64,000 bases of DNA from Acidimicrobiales bacterium (GCA_039583615.1 JAVKSQ010000003.1:18719-82718), one strand, 5' to 3'. Shown: positions 28,740 through 36,926, counted from the first letter of the stretch. Translations and numbers: made by a program. The notes: generated by a model from the letters alone, not told the origin.

Positions 28740-29488
28740 TGGTGGGCGCCGGCCCGGTCGGCGCTGAGGGCGGTCTGGACCTCTGACCAGAGGGCAAAGG
28801 CCAACGCCGCCTGGGACTCCTGGATGCGGTGAACGCTGTCCGAGCGCACCACCAGGCAGTGGTCGAGATCCTCGCAGGCGGCCATCTGACCACCCTCGTA
28901 GCCGGCCAGACCTACCGTGAGCAACCCTCTCCGATGAGCCTCCCCGAAGGCCCGGATGACATTGTTCGAGTTGCCGCTGGTGGAAAGGCCCACCGCCATG
29001 TCACCGGAGCGGGCATGGGCGATCACCTGGCGGGAGAAGACCAGCTCGAACCCGACGTCGTTGCCCAGCGCCGTCACCACCGCCTCGTCGGCCACCAAGG
29101 AGCGGGCCGGCAAGGGACGCGCCGGTCCCGGAGGATGGGTGAACAGGGCAGCCAGGCTGGCCGCGTCGGTGGCGCTGCCGCCGTTGCCGAAGGCGAACAG
29201 TTGGCCTCCGGCAGTGAACCGGTCAGCCATGGCGCGGGCCAAGGCGCCCAGAGCCGGGCGGTGGGCCTCGATGGTCGCGGCCTGCAGCCGTCCGCTGTCG
29301 GTGGCCTTGCCCCGGGCGGAGGCAGCCAAGTCGATCAGGAGCGGCCCGGCGTCATCCTCGTCAGCCTCGATGAAGGGGTAGAGGAAGTCGCTGCCGCTCG
29401 GCATCCGGGTACCCGGTGGCGTACCGACCGTCCCGCCCCGGGTGGGGGCATCCCCCTTGGAATGGCCGTTGTGAGCGGTCGTGCTCAC
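28736..29488 (-). CDS. SIS-domain protein, GmhA (phosphoheptose isomerase)-like
   Basis: FAFGNGGSATDAASLAALF, ALGNDVGFELVFSRQV, GDMAVGLSTSGNSNNVIRAFGEAHRRGLLTVGLAGYEGG, SDSVHRIQESQ. Start is uncertain (GTG 29488, ATG 29404 or ATG 29551). The stop overlaps the hypE start. Confidence 0.8.
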   Translation of the reverse strand: MSTTAHNGHSKGDAPTRGGTVGTPPGTRMPSGSDFLYPFIEADEDDAGPLLIDLAASARGKATDSGRLQAATIEAHRPALGALARAMADRFTAGGQLFAFGNGGSATDAASLAALFTHPPGPARPLPARSLVADEAVVTALGNDVGFELVFSRQVIAHARSGDMAVGLSTSGNSNNVIRAFGEAHRRGLLTVGLAGYEGGQMAACEDLDHCLVVRSDSVHRIQESQAALAFALWSEVQTALSADRAGAHQ

Positions 29489-29507
29489 CGTGGCACCTCG
29501 CTTAGCG

Positions 29508-30257
29508 TCATGTCTGCGCCCCCTCCACCAGCTCGATCGCCGTCCCGGCATGGATCAGTACCAGGTCTCCCAGCGCCACCGGGGCCACCAGGGTGGTGTC
29601 GATGAGCGCCGGCCCGGTGGCTGTGCGCACGGTGGCTTCGGCCGAGCGCCCGATAGCCACCACCTCACCCAGATGACCCTCGTCCGAGCAGGTGACACAG
29701 ACCTCGTCTGTGCAGGAGTCGTCCGCCCGCAGCAGGCCGGGGTGCTCGAAGCAGACATGCACCAGCTCCCACAGCAGGTGGTAGATGAGCACGAAGGAGC
29801 CCACATGGGGCGCCCGCCCCGGGTCCTCGTCCGCCAGCCACAGGACGTGGTCGGCAGCGCCGGCATCGGGCCGAGGGCCGGCCCCGATCCACACCGTCTC
29901 CAAGCCCCAGGCTCGGCCCCGGCGCATGGCCGCCATGACCTGGCGGTCATCGGCGTTGGCCACTGCCACCAGGATGTCGCCCTGCCTGGCCAGGGTACGC
30001 AGCGCCGAGACCGGATCAGGATCGGTGACGGCCACCGCAGGCAGGGCTCGCTTGCCCATGATCACCGGGTGGACGAACTCCACTGCCACGTGATGGGCAT
30101 GCTGGGGCCAAGCCGGGGCGGTGCACCACATGGTGGCCCCTGTCCAGAACCGCCGGGCCAGGGCCAAGCAGGTCGTGGCCAGGTCGTCGGCCAAGCCTCC
30201 GAGTACCGCCTGAGGAGCCTGGGGGGTCTGGATCGCCCTACCTGCCTCCGTCGCCAT
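29508..30257 (-). CDS. Fusion protein: degenerate SIS-like domain plus C-terminal HypC/HupF-like domain
   Basis: ATG at 30257 with SD GGGGAGG. The N-terminal ~185 aa is collinear with the neighbouring SIS protein, but the phosphate-binding loops are replaced (GATMWCTAPAW for FGNGGS, ILVAVANADD for LSTSGNS). The C-terminal ~65 aa CVTCSDEGHLGEVVAIG...VALGDLVLIHAGTAIELV resembles the HypC OB-fold (compare GDWVLIHVGFA in hypC). Confidence 0.6.
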   Translation of the reverse strand: MATEAGRAIQTPQAPQAVLGGLADDLATTCLALARRFWTGATMWCTAPAWPQHAHHVAVEFVHPVIMGKRALPAVAVTDPDPVSALRTLARQGDILVAVANADDRQVMAAMRRGRAWGLETVWIGAGPRPDAGAADHVLWLADEDPGRAPHVGSFVLIYHLLWELVHVCFEHPGLLRADDSCTDEVCVTCSDEGHLGEVVAIGRSAEATVRTATGPALIDTTLVAPVALGDLVLIHAGTAIELVEGAQT

Positions 30258-30444
30258 GCTCGCCTCCCCTACTCCCTCTCGGGGCCCACTCAACCGTCCC
30301 GGGAGCCCCAAGTTGGCCAACCCACAACCCGTGTCGCAGACGCCATCCTACTGCCTCGAGACTACCTGCCCGGCTCGTCTCCCCAACCTTGCTCGGCGGC
30401 GGCGGTCGTCTGGCTCCTCGTGGGCTCACCCGCGCCATGGCCGG

Positions 30445-30527
30445 TGCCCGGGGCGGGAGTCGAACCCGCACGCCCCGAGGGGCAGAGGCTTTTGAGGCCT
30501 CCGTGTCTACCATTCCACCACCCGGGC
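30445..30527 (-). tRNA. tRNA-Leu (anticodon CAA), class II with long variable arm; CCA not encoded
   Basis: Folded by hand from the minus strand: GCCCGGG-TG-GTGGAATGGTAGACAC-G-GAGGC-CTCAAAA-GCCTC-TGCCCCTCGGGGCGT-GCGGG-TTCGACT-CCCGC-CCCGGGC-A. 7-bp acceptor stem, T-loop TTCGACT, anticodon loop CT-CAA-AA. Confidence 0.9.
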
Positions 30528-30625
30528 GACCCAGGCCCAGGGTAGTGCACGGCTAAGCTGGCCAGGCCGGGTGCCTCCCAGGTCCACCGCGCAGGAGTGC
30601 CGATGCCTGCTCGGTCCAGGGCTCT

Positions 30626-30663
30626 CAAACCTGGGTTTCTTTCAAAACCGGGACTTTGAAACC
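30626..30663 (+). promoter_or_regulatory. AT-rich element with three (T)CAAACC-like repeats and inverted arms upstream of fabD; candidate operator
   Basis: caaacctgggtttctttcaaaaccgggactttgaaacc. AAACC occurs at 30627, 30645 and 30659. Inverted pairs are AAACC/GGTTT and TTTCAAA/TTTGAAA. This is the most AT-rich patch I noticed in the window, about 85 bp upstream of the fabD start. Confidence 0.35.
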
Positions 30664-30744
30664 TTTGCCGCCCAGCCTGGGTCTGAGCCCCATCGAGTCG
30701 TGCCGCAGTGGTGGCGATCGATGCCTAGTCGACAAGGAGAGCAT

Positions 30745-32001
30745 GTGGCCGTCTATACCTTTCCGGGACAGGGATCCCAGCGTCCGGGCATGGGCAGGGC
30801 GTGGGTCGATCATCCCTCCTGGGAGCTGGTCGGCGACGCCTCGGAGGCAGCCGGCCGGGACATCGGTGCCCTGCTGCTGCACGCCGACGCCGAGGAGCTG
30901 ACCGCCACCCGCAACGCCCAGCTGGCCACCTTCACGCTGGGCCTGGTCGTGCTGGACGCAATCGAGCGCCTGGGCCTGGAGCCCTCTGCCTTTGCCGGCC
31001 ACAGCCTGGGCGAGTACACGGCTCTGGTGGCAGCCGGCGCTCTGGCCTTCCAAGATGCGGTGCGCCTGGTTGCCGAGCGGGGCGAGGCCATGCAAGGTGC
31101 GGCCGAGGAGTCAGAGGGCACCATGGCGGCCCTGCTCGGCATCGACGCGGCCGGCGCCGACGCCGCCTGCCGGAGAGCTGAGGGCGAGGTCTGGGTGGCC
31201 AACGACAACGCCCCCGCCCAGGTGGTCATTGCCGGCGAGACGAAGGCTGTGGCCCGGGCGAGCGACCTGGCCCGGGGAATGGGCGCCCGCAAGGTGCTCC
31301 CGATGCCGGTGGGCGGGGCGTTCCACACACCGCTCATGGCGCCAGCCCGTGACCGGCTGCGCAAGACCCTGGGCGAGGTGACCTTTCGACCGCTGGAGGT
31401 CGCAGTGACGGCCAACGTGGACGCCAAGGCCCACGTGGACCCGGCCGAGTGGCCGGGATTGCTCTCCTCCCAGCTGTGCAGCCCGGTGCGCTGGCGGGAG
31501 ATCCTCCTTTCTCTGGTCGCCGAGGGGCCGACCACCCTCGTCGAGGTGGGACCGGGCGGTGTGCTGACCGGCCTGGCGCGCCGGACCGTTCCGACCTGCC
31601 AGGCGGTGGCCGTGGCCACGCCCGACGACCTCGATGACCTGGTGGGGGTGCTGGCCGGTGACAGCCCTCTGCACGCCTACGCCACGTCCCACCACGGCGA
31701 GCACCTATACGTCTCCGAGCGGGTGGTCCTCAGCCCGGCCGCTGGCATCTTCGAGCCCGATCCCGCCTTGGTGGTGCCCACCCACGATGGTGCGCCAGGG
31801 GCGGAGGTGGCGGTCGGTGACCTCATCGGAACGGTGGCGGGAACCGGTGAGCCGGTGGAGGTCCGCTCCGCCTTCGCCGGACCGCTCGTCGGGCTGCTGG
31901 TAATGCCCGGAGAGCGGTTGACCGCCGGCCAGCCGGTTGCCTGGCTGCGGGCGCCGGCCGAGCCTGGGCCAGGCGGAGCCCCGGCTGCTCCCCCCGCGTG
32001 A
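30745..32001 (+). CDS. fabD: Malonyl-CoA:ACP transacylase (FabD) with an extra ~110-aa C-terminal biotinyl/lipoyl-like domain
   Basis: GTG at 30745 preceded by AAGGAGA. VAVYTFPGQGSQRPGMG, GHSLGEYTALVAAG and GAFHTPLM are FabD motifs, and that domain ends near aa 300. The ORF then continues in frame: VVLSPAAGIF...GAEVAVGDLIGTVAGTGEPVEVRSAFAGPLVGLLVMPGERLTAGQPVAWL. Confidence 0.85.
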   Translation: MAVYTFPGQGSQRPGMGRAWVDHPSWELVGDASEAAGRDIGALLLHADAEELTATRNAQLATFTLGLVVLDAIERLGLEPSAFAGHSLGEYTALVAAGALAFQDAVRLVAERGEAMQGAAEESEGTMAALLGIDAAGADAACRRAEGEVWVANDNAPAQVVIAGETKAVARASDLARGMGARKVLPMPVGGAFHTPLMAPARDRLRKTLGEVTFRPLEVAVTANVDAKAHVDPAEWPGLLSSQLCSPVRWREILLSLVAEGPTTLVEVGPGGVLTGLARRTVPTCQAVAVATPDDLDDLVGVLAGDSPLHAYATSHHGEHLYVSERVVLSPAAGIFEPDPALVVPTHDGAPGAEVAVGDLIGTVAGTGEPVEVRSAFAGPLVGLLVMPGERLTAGQPVAWLRAPAEPGPGGAPAAPPA

Positions 32002-32972
32002 GCGGCCGGGGGCGGCACCGCCCACCCGTGAGCCGCGGGTCCGTTACCCGGGGTGCCGCGGTCAGCGGATGGGGGTGGGCGCTGCCGGACAAGGTTGTCA
32101 CCAACGCCGACCTGGCCAGTCGCCTGGACACCAGCGACGAGTGGATCGTCGAGCGGACGGGGATCCGGGAGCGCCGGGTCGGGGGCACCACGGCCGAGCT
32201 GGCCGAGACGGCAGCCCGGCGGGCGCTCACCCGGGCAGGCCTGGAGGCAGGCGACGTAGGCCTGTTGATCCTGGCCACCACGACCCCCGACCAGGCCATG
32301 CCGGCCACTGCGGTCGACGTCGCCTGCCGGCTGGGGGTGCAGGCTCCCGCCTTCGACCTCAACGCTGCCTGCTCGGGCTTCGCCTATGCCCTGGTGACCG
32401 CCCACGCCATGATCGGCACCGGCGTCGAGCGGGCCCTGGTGATCGGAGCCGAGGTCCTCTCCCGCATCACCGACCAGGACGACCGGTCCACCGTCGTGCT
32501 GTTCGGCGATGGAGCGGGCGCCGTCGTGCTCGAGGTCATCGCCGGCGACGACCGCGTCCTGGCCTGGGACCAGGGGTGCGACGGCTCGGCCGGTCACATC
32601 CTGTTCTGTCAGCATGGCGGCACAATGCAGATGCAGGGGCGAGAGGTGTACCGGCGGGCGGTGAGGACCACCCTGGAGTCGATCGTGGCCGTCCTGGAGA
32701 GAGCCAAGCTGGACCCCGAGGACATCGACCTGTTCGTGCCCCACGGAGCCAACCTGCGGATCATCGAGGGCATCAACCAGCGCCTGGGAATACCCATGGA
32801 GCGAACCGCGGTGTTGTTGGACCGCACCGGCAACACCTCGGCGGCCTCGATACCCATGGCCCTGGCCGATGCGGCCGACAGCGGGCGCCTGGTGGCGGGC
32901 GACCATGTCCTGCTGTCGGGCTTCGGCGCCGGGATGACATGGTCCAGCGTGGTCCTGCGGTGGGGCCGGTGA
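31998..32972 (+). CDS. fabH: 3-oxoacyl-ACP synthase III (FabH)
   Basis: LPDKVVTNADLASRLDTSDEWIVERTGIRERR, active-site NAACSGFAYAL, and GNTSAASIPMAL. The GTG overlaps the fabD stop (GTGA). An internal GTG at 32028 is also possible. Confidence 0.9.
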   Translation: MSGRGRHRPPVSRGSVTRGAAVSGWGWALPDKVVTNADLASRLDTSDEWIVERTGIRERRVGGTTAELAETAARRALTRAGLEAGDVGLLILATTTPDQAMPATAVDVACRLGVQAPAFDLNAACSGFAYALVTAHAMIGTGVERALVIGAEVLSRITDQDDRSTVVLFGDGAGAVVLEVIAGDDRVLAWDQGCDGSAGHILFCQHGGTMQMQGREVYRRAVRTTLESIVAVLERAKLDPEDIDLFVPHGANLRIIEGINQRLGIPMERTAVLLDRTGNTSAASIPMALADAADSGRLVAGDHVLLSGFGAGMTWSSVVLRWGR

Positions 32973-33700
32973 GCGAGGCGACAAGCGAGCCGAGCGGCCG
33001 GGTGGCCCTGGTGACCGGCGGCTCCCGGGGGATCGGCCTGGCCTGCGCCCGGAGGCTCCGTGCGGGCGGCAACCGGGTGGCCGTCACCTGGAGGACGTCG
33101 CCCCCGCCCTCAGCCGACCTGCTGGCGCTTCGCTGCGACGTGACCTCGGCTGGCGACGTGGAGGCGCTCTTCGACCAGATCGAGCAGCGCTGGGGCAGCG
33201 TCGAGATCCTGGTGGCCAACGCCGGGGTGACAAGAGACGCCCTGGTCCTGCGCATGGACGAGGAGGCGTGGGCCGAGGTGCTGGGCACCAACCTGACCGG
33301 CGCCTGGCGGGTTGCCAGGAGGGCGGCCCGGGGCATGGTCCGGGCCCACTGGGGGCGCGTGGTCTTCATCTCCTCGGTGGTTGCCTATTCCGGCCAGCCC
33401 GGTCAAGCCAACTACGCGGCGGCCAAGGCCGGCATGGTGGGCTTGGCCCGCTCCCTCGCCCGCGAGCTGGCCTCCCGCCAGGTGACGGTCAACGTGGTGG
33501 CCCCTGGCGCGGTGGACACCGACATGCTGGGCGCGTTGTCCAAGCAGCAGCTCGACCAGATGACCGGGATGATCCCGCTCGGCCGAGTGGCCGACCCCGA
33601 CGAGGTGGCGGCCGTGGTGGACTTCTTGGTCTCCCCCCTGGCCTCCTATGTGACGGGCGCCGTCGTTCCCGTCGACGGCGGACTGGGAATGGGTCATTAG
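32969..33700 (+). CDS. fabG: 3-oxoacyl-ACP reductase (FabG, SDR family)
   Basis: RVALVTGGSRGIGLA, NAG, SSVVAYSGQPGQANYAAAKAG (the YxxxK motif), VNVVAPG. The GTG overlaps the fabH stop (GTGA). It lies within the long track ORF 31937..33700. Confidence 0.88.
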   Translation: MSEATSEPSGRVALVTGGSRGIGLACARRLRAGGNRVAVTWRTSPPPSADLLALRCDVTSAGDVEALFDQIEQRWGSVEILVANAGVTRDALVLRMDEEAWAEVLGTNLTGAWRVARRAARGMVRAHWGRVVFISSVVAYSGQPGQANYAAAKAGMVGLARSLARELASRQVTVNVVAPGAVDTDMLGALSKQQLDQMTGMIPLGRVADPDEVAAVVDFLVSPLASYVTGAVVPVDGGLGMGH

Positions 33701-33745
33701 CACTAACGTCGTGAACCGAGCTACCCACGAAAGGAACAGGCCCCC

Positions 33746-33985
33746 GTGGACCAGGAAGCTGCCTTCGAGAAGTTCAAGACCACGACCGTGGAGGTGCTCC
33801 AGGTCAAGCCCGAGCAGGTCACCCCGGACGCCCGGTTCGGCCAGGACCTCGACGCCGACAGCCTTGACCTGGTCGAGCTGATCATGGCCCTGGAGGAGTC
33901 CTTTGACGTCACCGTCGACGAGTCGGAGCTGGAGGGAGTGGAGACCGTCGAGCAGGCCTTCAACGTCATCTCGGCCAAGCTCTGA
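33746..33985 (+). CDS. acpP: Acyl carrier protein
   Basis: 79 aa with the phosphopantetheine site LDADSLDLVELIMALEE. Confidence 0.93.
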   Translation: MDQEAAFEKFKTTTVEVLQVKPEQVTPDARFGQDLDADSLDLVELIMALEESFDVTVDESELEGVETVEQAFNVISAKL

Positions 33986-35202
33986 TGCTCCTGGTGGGAG
34001 CCAGCCCGGGCGGACCGGACCCGGCCGCCGGGCCCCGGCGGGTGGCAATCACCGGACTGGGAGTGGTGGCCTGCTGCGGCGTCGGCCAGGACGCGTTCTG
34101 GGACGGACTGTGCGGGCCGCCGCCCAGCGGTGAGCGCCGGGTCCACGACTTCGACCCAACCATGTTCTTCGGCCCCAAGGAGGTGCGTCAGGTCGACCGC
34201 TTTGCCCAGTTCGCGGTGGCCGCCGCCTGCCAGGCCCTGGACGACGCGGGCGACTTGAGGGCGGACCCCGACCGAGCCGGGGTCATCATCGCCACCGGGG
34301 TAGGAGGCGTCCAGACCTGGGAGGACCAGGTTGCCGTCTTCTTGGAGAGGGGACAACGGCGGGTCTCTCCCCGGCTCATTCCCATGATGATGCCCAACGC
34401 CGGGGCCGCCACCGTGTCCATGCGGTTGGGCTGGCGGGGTCCGTGCGAGACGACCGGAACGGCCTGCGCCGCCGGCACCCACGCCATCGGCAACGCGGCC
34501 CGCCTGATCGCCAGCGGACGCTGCCAGGTCATGCTGGCGGGAGGCTCGGAGGCCTCCATGACACCGGTCGCCATCGCCGGTTTCGCCAACATGACTGCCT
34601 TGTCGACCTCGGGTGTCTCCAGGCCCTTCGACCTGGAGCGGGACGGCTTCGTGGTAGCCGAAGGGTCGGCCGTGCTGCTGCTCGAGGACCTGGAGCGAGC
34701 CCAGGAGCGCGGCACCAGGATCTACGCCGAGCTGACGGGCGCGGCCAGCACCGCCGACGCCCACCACATCACCGCCCCATCGCCGGGCGGCGCCGGGGCC
34801 GCCGCCTGCATGGAGTTGGCCCTGTTCGACGCCGGGCTCACCCCTGGCGAGATAGGCCATGTCAACGCCCACGGGACCTCCACCCCCCCCAACGATGCGG
34901 CCGAGGCGGAGGCCATCACCAAGGTGTTCGGCTCCCCCGGGCCGCCCGTGACATCGATCAAGGGGGTGACGGGCCACGCCCTGGGCGCAGCCGGTGCCAT
35001 CGAGGCAGTGGCCTCGGTCCTAAGCCTGCAGAGGTGCCTGGTCCCGCCCACAGCCAACTTCTCCACGCCCGACCCGGACATGAGGATCGACCTGGTGGTG
35101 GGAGCGCCTCGCCCGCTGGAGCCGGCGCCGGTGCTCTCGAACTCCTTTGGCTTCGGTGGCCACAACGGGTGCCTGGTGATCACGCCAGTGGACGTCCCCT
35201 GA
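33985..35202 (+). CDS. fabF: 3-oxoacyl-ACP synthase II (KAS II, FabF)
   Basis: RRVAITGLGVV, active-site GTACAAGTHAIG, HHITAP, NAHGTSTPPND, SIKGVTGHALGAAG, NSFGFGGHN. The ATG shares one base with the acpP stop (TGATG). Confidence 0.92.
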   Translation: MLLVGASPGGPDPAAGPRRVAITGLGVVACCGVGQDAFWDGLCGPPPSGERRVHDFDPTMFFGPKEVRQVDRFAQFAVAAACQALDDAGDLRADPDRAGVIIATGVGGVQTWEDQVAVFLERGQRRVSPRLIPMMMPNAGAATVSMRLGWRGPCETTGTACAAGTHAIGNAARLIASGRCQVMLAGGSEASMTPVAIAGFANMTALSTSGVSRPFDLERDGFVVAEGSAVLLLEDLERAQERGTRIYAELTGAASTADAHHITAPSPGGAGAAACMELALFDAGLTPGEIGHVNAHGTSTPPNDAAEAEAITKVFGSPGPPVTSIKGVTGHALGAAGAIEAVASVLSLQRCLVPPTANFSTPDPDMRIDLVVGAPRPLEPAPVLSNSFGFGGHNGCLVITPVDVP

Positions 35203-35219
35203 CCGATCCGGCCCCCTCG

Positions 35220-36926
35220 ATGCCAACGCCCGGCGGAGGCGGGCATGGTGCTCTGGGGTCGGCCGATGTCGGGTCGGCTCCAGCCGACTCGAGGCCGCCA
35301 TCGCCGGATCTCGCCATCGGAGCGTTCAGCGAGAGCGGGCCGTGGGTGGTGGACCTGCACGACCTGGCGTGGAGACGGGGGGTGGCGGACCTGCGACAGC
35401 GCACCCACCGGGAGGTCCCCCGCCTGCTGCGCCGCCAGCGCCTGCCCCCCGGAGGCCGGGTGCTGCGGGTGGGCAGCCGCTTGGGCGTGGCCCTGGGGGC
35501 GTGGTACCTGCTGGAACGGCGCCGATCCTCCCCCGAGTCACGGGCCGGGGTGTCCAGGCGGCTCCGGCTGGCCTTCGAGGCTCTGGGCCCCACCTACATC
35601 AAGCTGGGCCAGATCCTCTCCTCCGGAGAGGGAATCTTCCCCGAGGAGCTGGTCTCGCAATTCCGCCTGTGCCGGGACCAGGTCCGGGCCGAGCCGTTGG
35701 CGGCCGTGCGCCGCACCGTGGAGGAGGACCTCGGCCGGCCCCTCGAGGCGGTGTTCGCCACCTTCGAGCCGGTGCCGGTGGCCGCCGCGTCCATAGCCCA
35801 GGTCCATGCTGCCCGCCTGCGCACCGGAGAGGAGGTGGTGGTCAAGGTCCAGCGCCCGCAGGTGGCTGAGCTGGTGCGCCGGGACCTGGCCGCCATGAGC
35901 TGGATCGCTCCCTCGCTGGTGGGCAGGATACCGGTGACCGCCCTGGCCAACCCGCCGGCCCTGGTCGAGCTCTTCGCCGAGACCATCGTGGAGGAGCTGG
36001 ACTTCCGCCTGGAAGCCGACAACATGCTCGCCATCGCCCGGATCCTGGCCGAGACCGGCCAGCACCGGACGCTGGTGGTTCCCCGACCCCACCCCCGCCT
36101 GGTGACGCGGAGGGTGCTGGTCATGGAGCGCCTCGACGGCTACGCCTGGGACGACGTGGTCGGCATGCACGCCGCCGGCATTGACACCTCGGCGGTGGTG
36201 AGGGCGGGGCTGGTCGCCTTCATGGAAGGGGCCCTGCTCTACGGCGTCTTCCATGGCGACCTGCACGGGGGCAACCTGTTCGTGCAGCCCAGCGGGAGGG
36301 TGGCCCTCCTCGACTACGGCATCACCGGACGCCTCGACGAGCCGCGGCGCCTGGCCTTCCTTCGCCTCATACTGGGCGCCACGGTCAACGACGTGCACCT
36401 CCAGATGGCCGCCCTGCGCGACCTGGGGGCGTTGCCGGCCGGCGTGGACCTGGACGCAGTGATCCACGACCTGGGGATCGACCAACCCATCAAGGACCCG
36501 ACCACCATGACCGCCGAGGAGCTGACGGCCCAGCTCCGCGACCTGACCAAGGCCCTGCTCAGCTACGGCGCCCGCATGCCCAAGGAGCTCATGCTGTTCG
36601 TGAAGGACATGCTGTTCCTGGACGGGGCCATGGCCACCCTGGCCCCTGACGTGGACCTCTTCGCCGAGATCACCCAGGTCGCCACCTGGTTCGCCGCCCG
36701 CCACGGCGAGCGCATCGCCGCCGACGTGGGCATGGACCCCCGCCAGATGACCGTGGACCTGGACGGGCTGCGGGCCTCCATGGGACTCACCCCCGACGTG
36801 GGGGGGATCACCCACCGGGAGCTCCAGGAACGCCGAGAGGTGATCCGCCGCCGAATGGAAGAGCGCCACCGACGCCGTGAGCGAGGTGGTTGGCGCCGCC
36901 GCCTGGCCAGGCCGGCCCAGCGCTGA
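35220..36926 (+). CDS. ABC1/UbiB/AarF-family atypical protein kinase
   Basis: LGPTYIKLGQILSSGEGIFPEELV, FEPVPVAAASIAQVHAARL, VVKVQRP, HGDLHGGNLFV. Start at the ATG at 35220. The upstream part of track ORF 34443.. overlaps fabF out of frame and is rejected. Confidence 0.85.
   Translation: MPTPGGGGHGALGSADVGSAPADSRPPSPDLAIGAFSESGPWVVDLHDLAWRRGVADLRQRTHREVPRLLRRQRLPPGGRVLRVGSRLGVALGAWYLLERRRSSPESRAGVSRRLRLAFEALGPTYIKLGQILSSGEGIFPEELVSQFRLCRDQVRAEPLAAVRRTVEEDLGRPLEAVFATFEPVPVAAASIAQVHAARLRTGEEVVVKVQRPQVAELVRRDLAAMSWIAPSLVGRIPVTALANPPALVELFAETIVEELDFRLEADNMLAIARILAETGQHRTLVVPRPHPRLVTRRVLVMERLDGYAWDDVVGMHAAGIDTSAVVRAGLVAFMEGALLYGVFHGDLHGGNLFVQPSGRVALLDYGITGRLDEPRRLAFLRLILGATVNDVHLQMAALRDLGALPAGVDLDAVIHDLGIDQPIKDPTTMTAEELTAQLRDLTKALLSYGARMPKELMLFVKDMLFLDGAMATLAPDVDLFAEITQVATWFAARHGERIAADVGMDPRQMTVDLDGLRASMGLTPDVGGITHRELQERREVIRRRMEERHRRRERGGWRRRLARPAQR

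Noticed and set aside
30321-30527. The hyp module as a genomic island integrated at the 3' end of tRNA-Leu(CAA).
   Set aside because: The orientation fits, because the tRNA 3' end faces the hyp genes. However, I found no integrase or recombinase, no direct repeat of the tRNA 3' end at the far boundary (the 23551-23579 hairpin is unrelated), and no visible compositional shift.
34443-35219. The 259-aa N-terminal extension of the ABC1-kinase ORF (track ORF 34443..36926).
   Set aside because: It overlaps fabF out of frame and is low-complexity Arg/Gly/Pro. An ATG at 35220 lies just after the fabF stop, and the recognisable ABC1-kinase motifs follow downstream of it.
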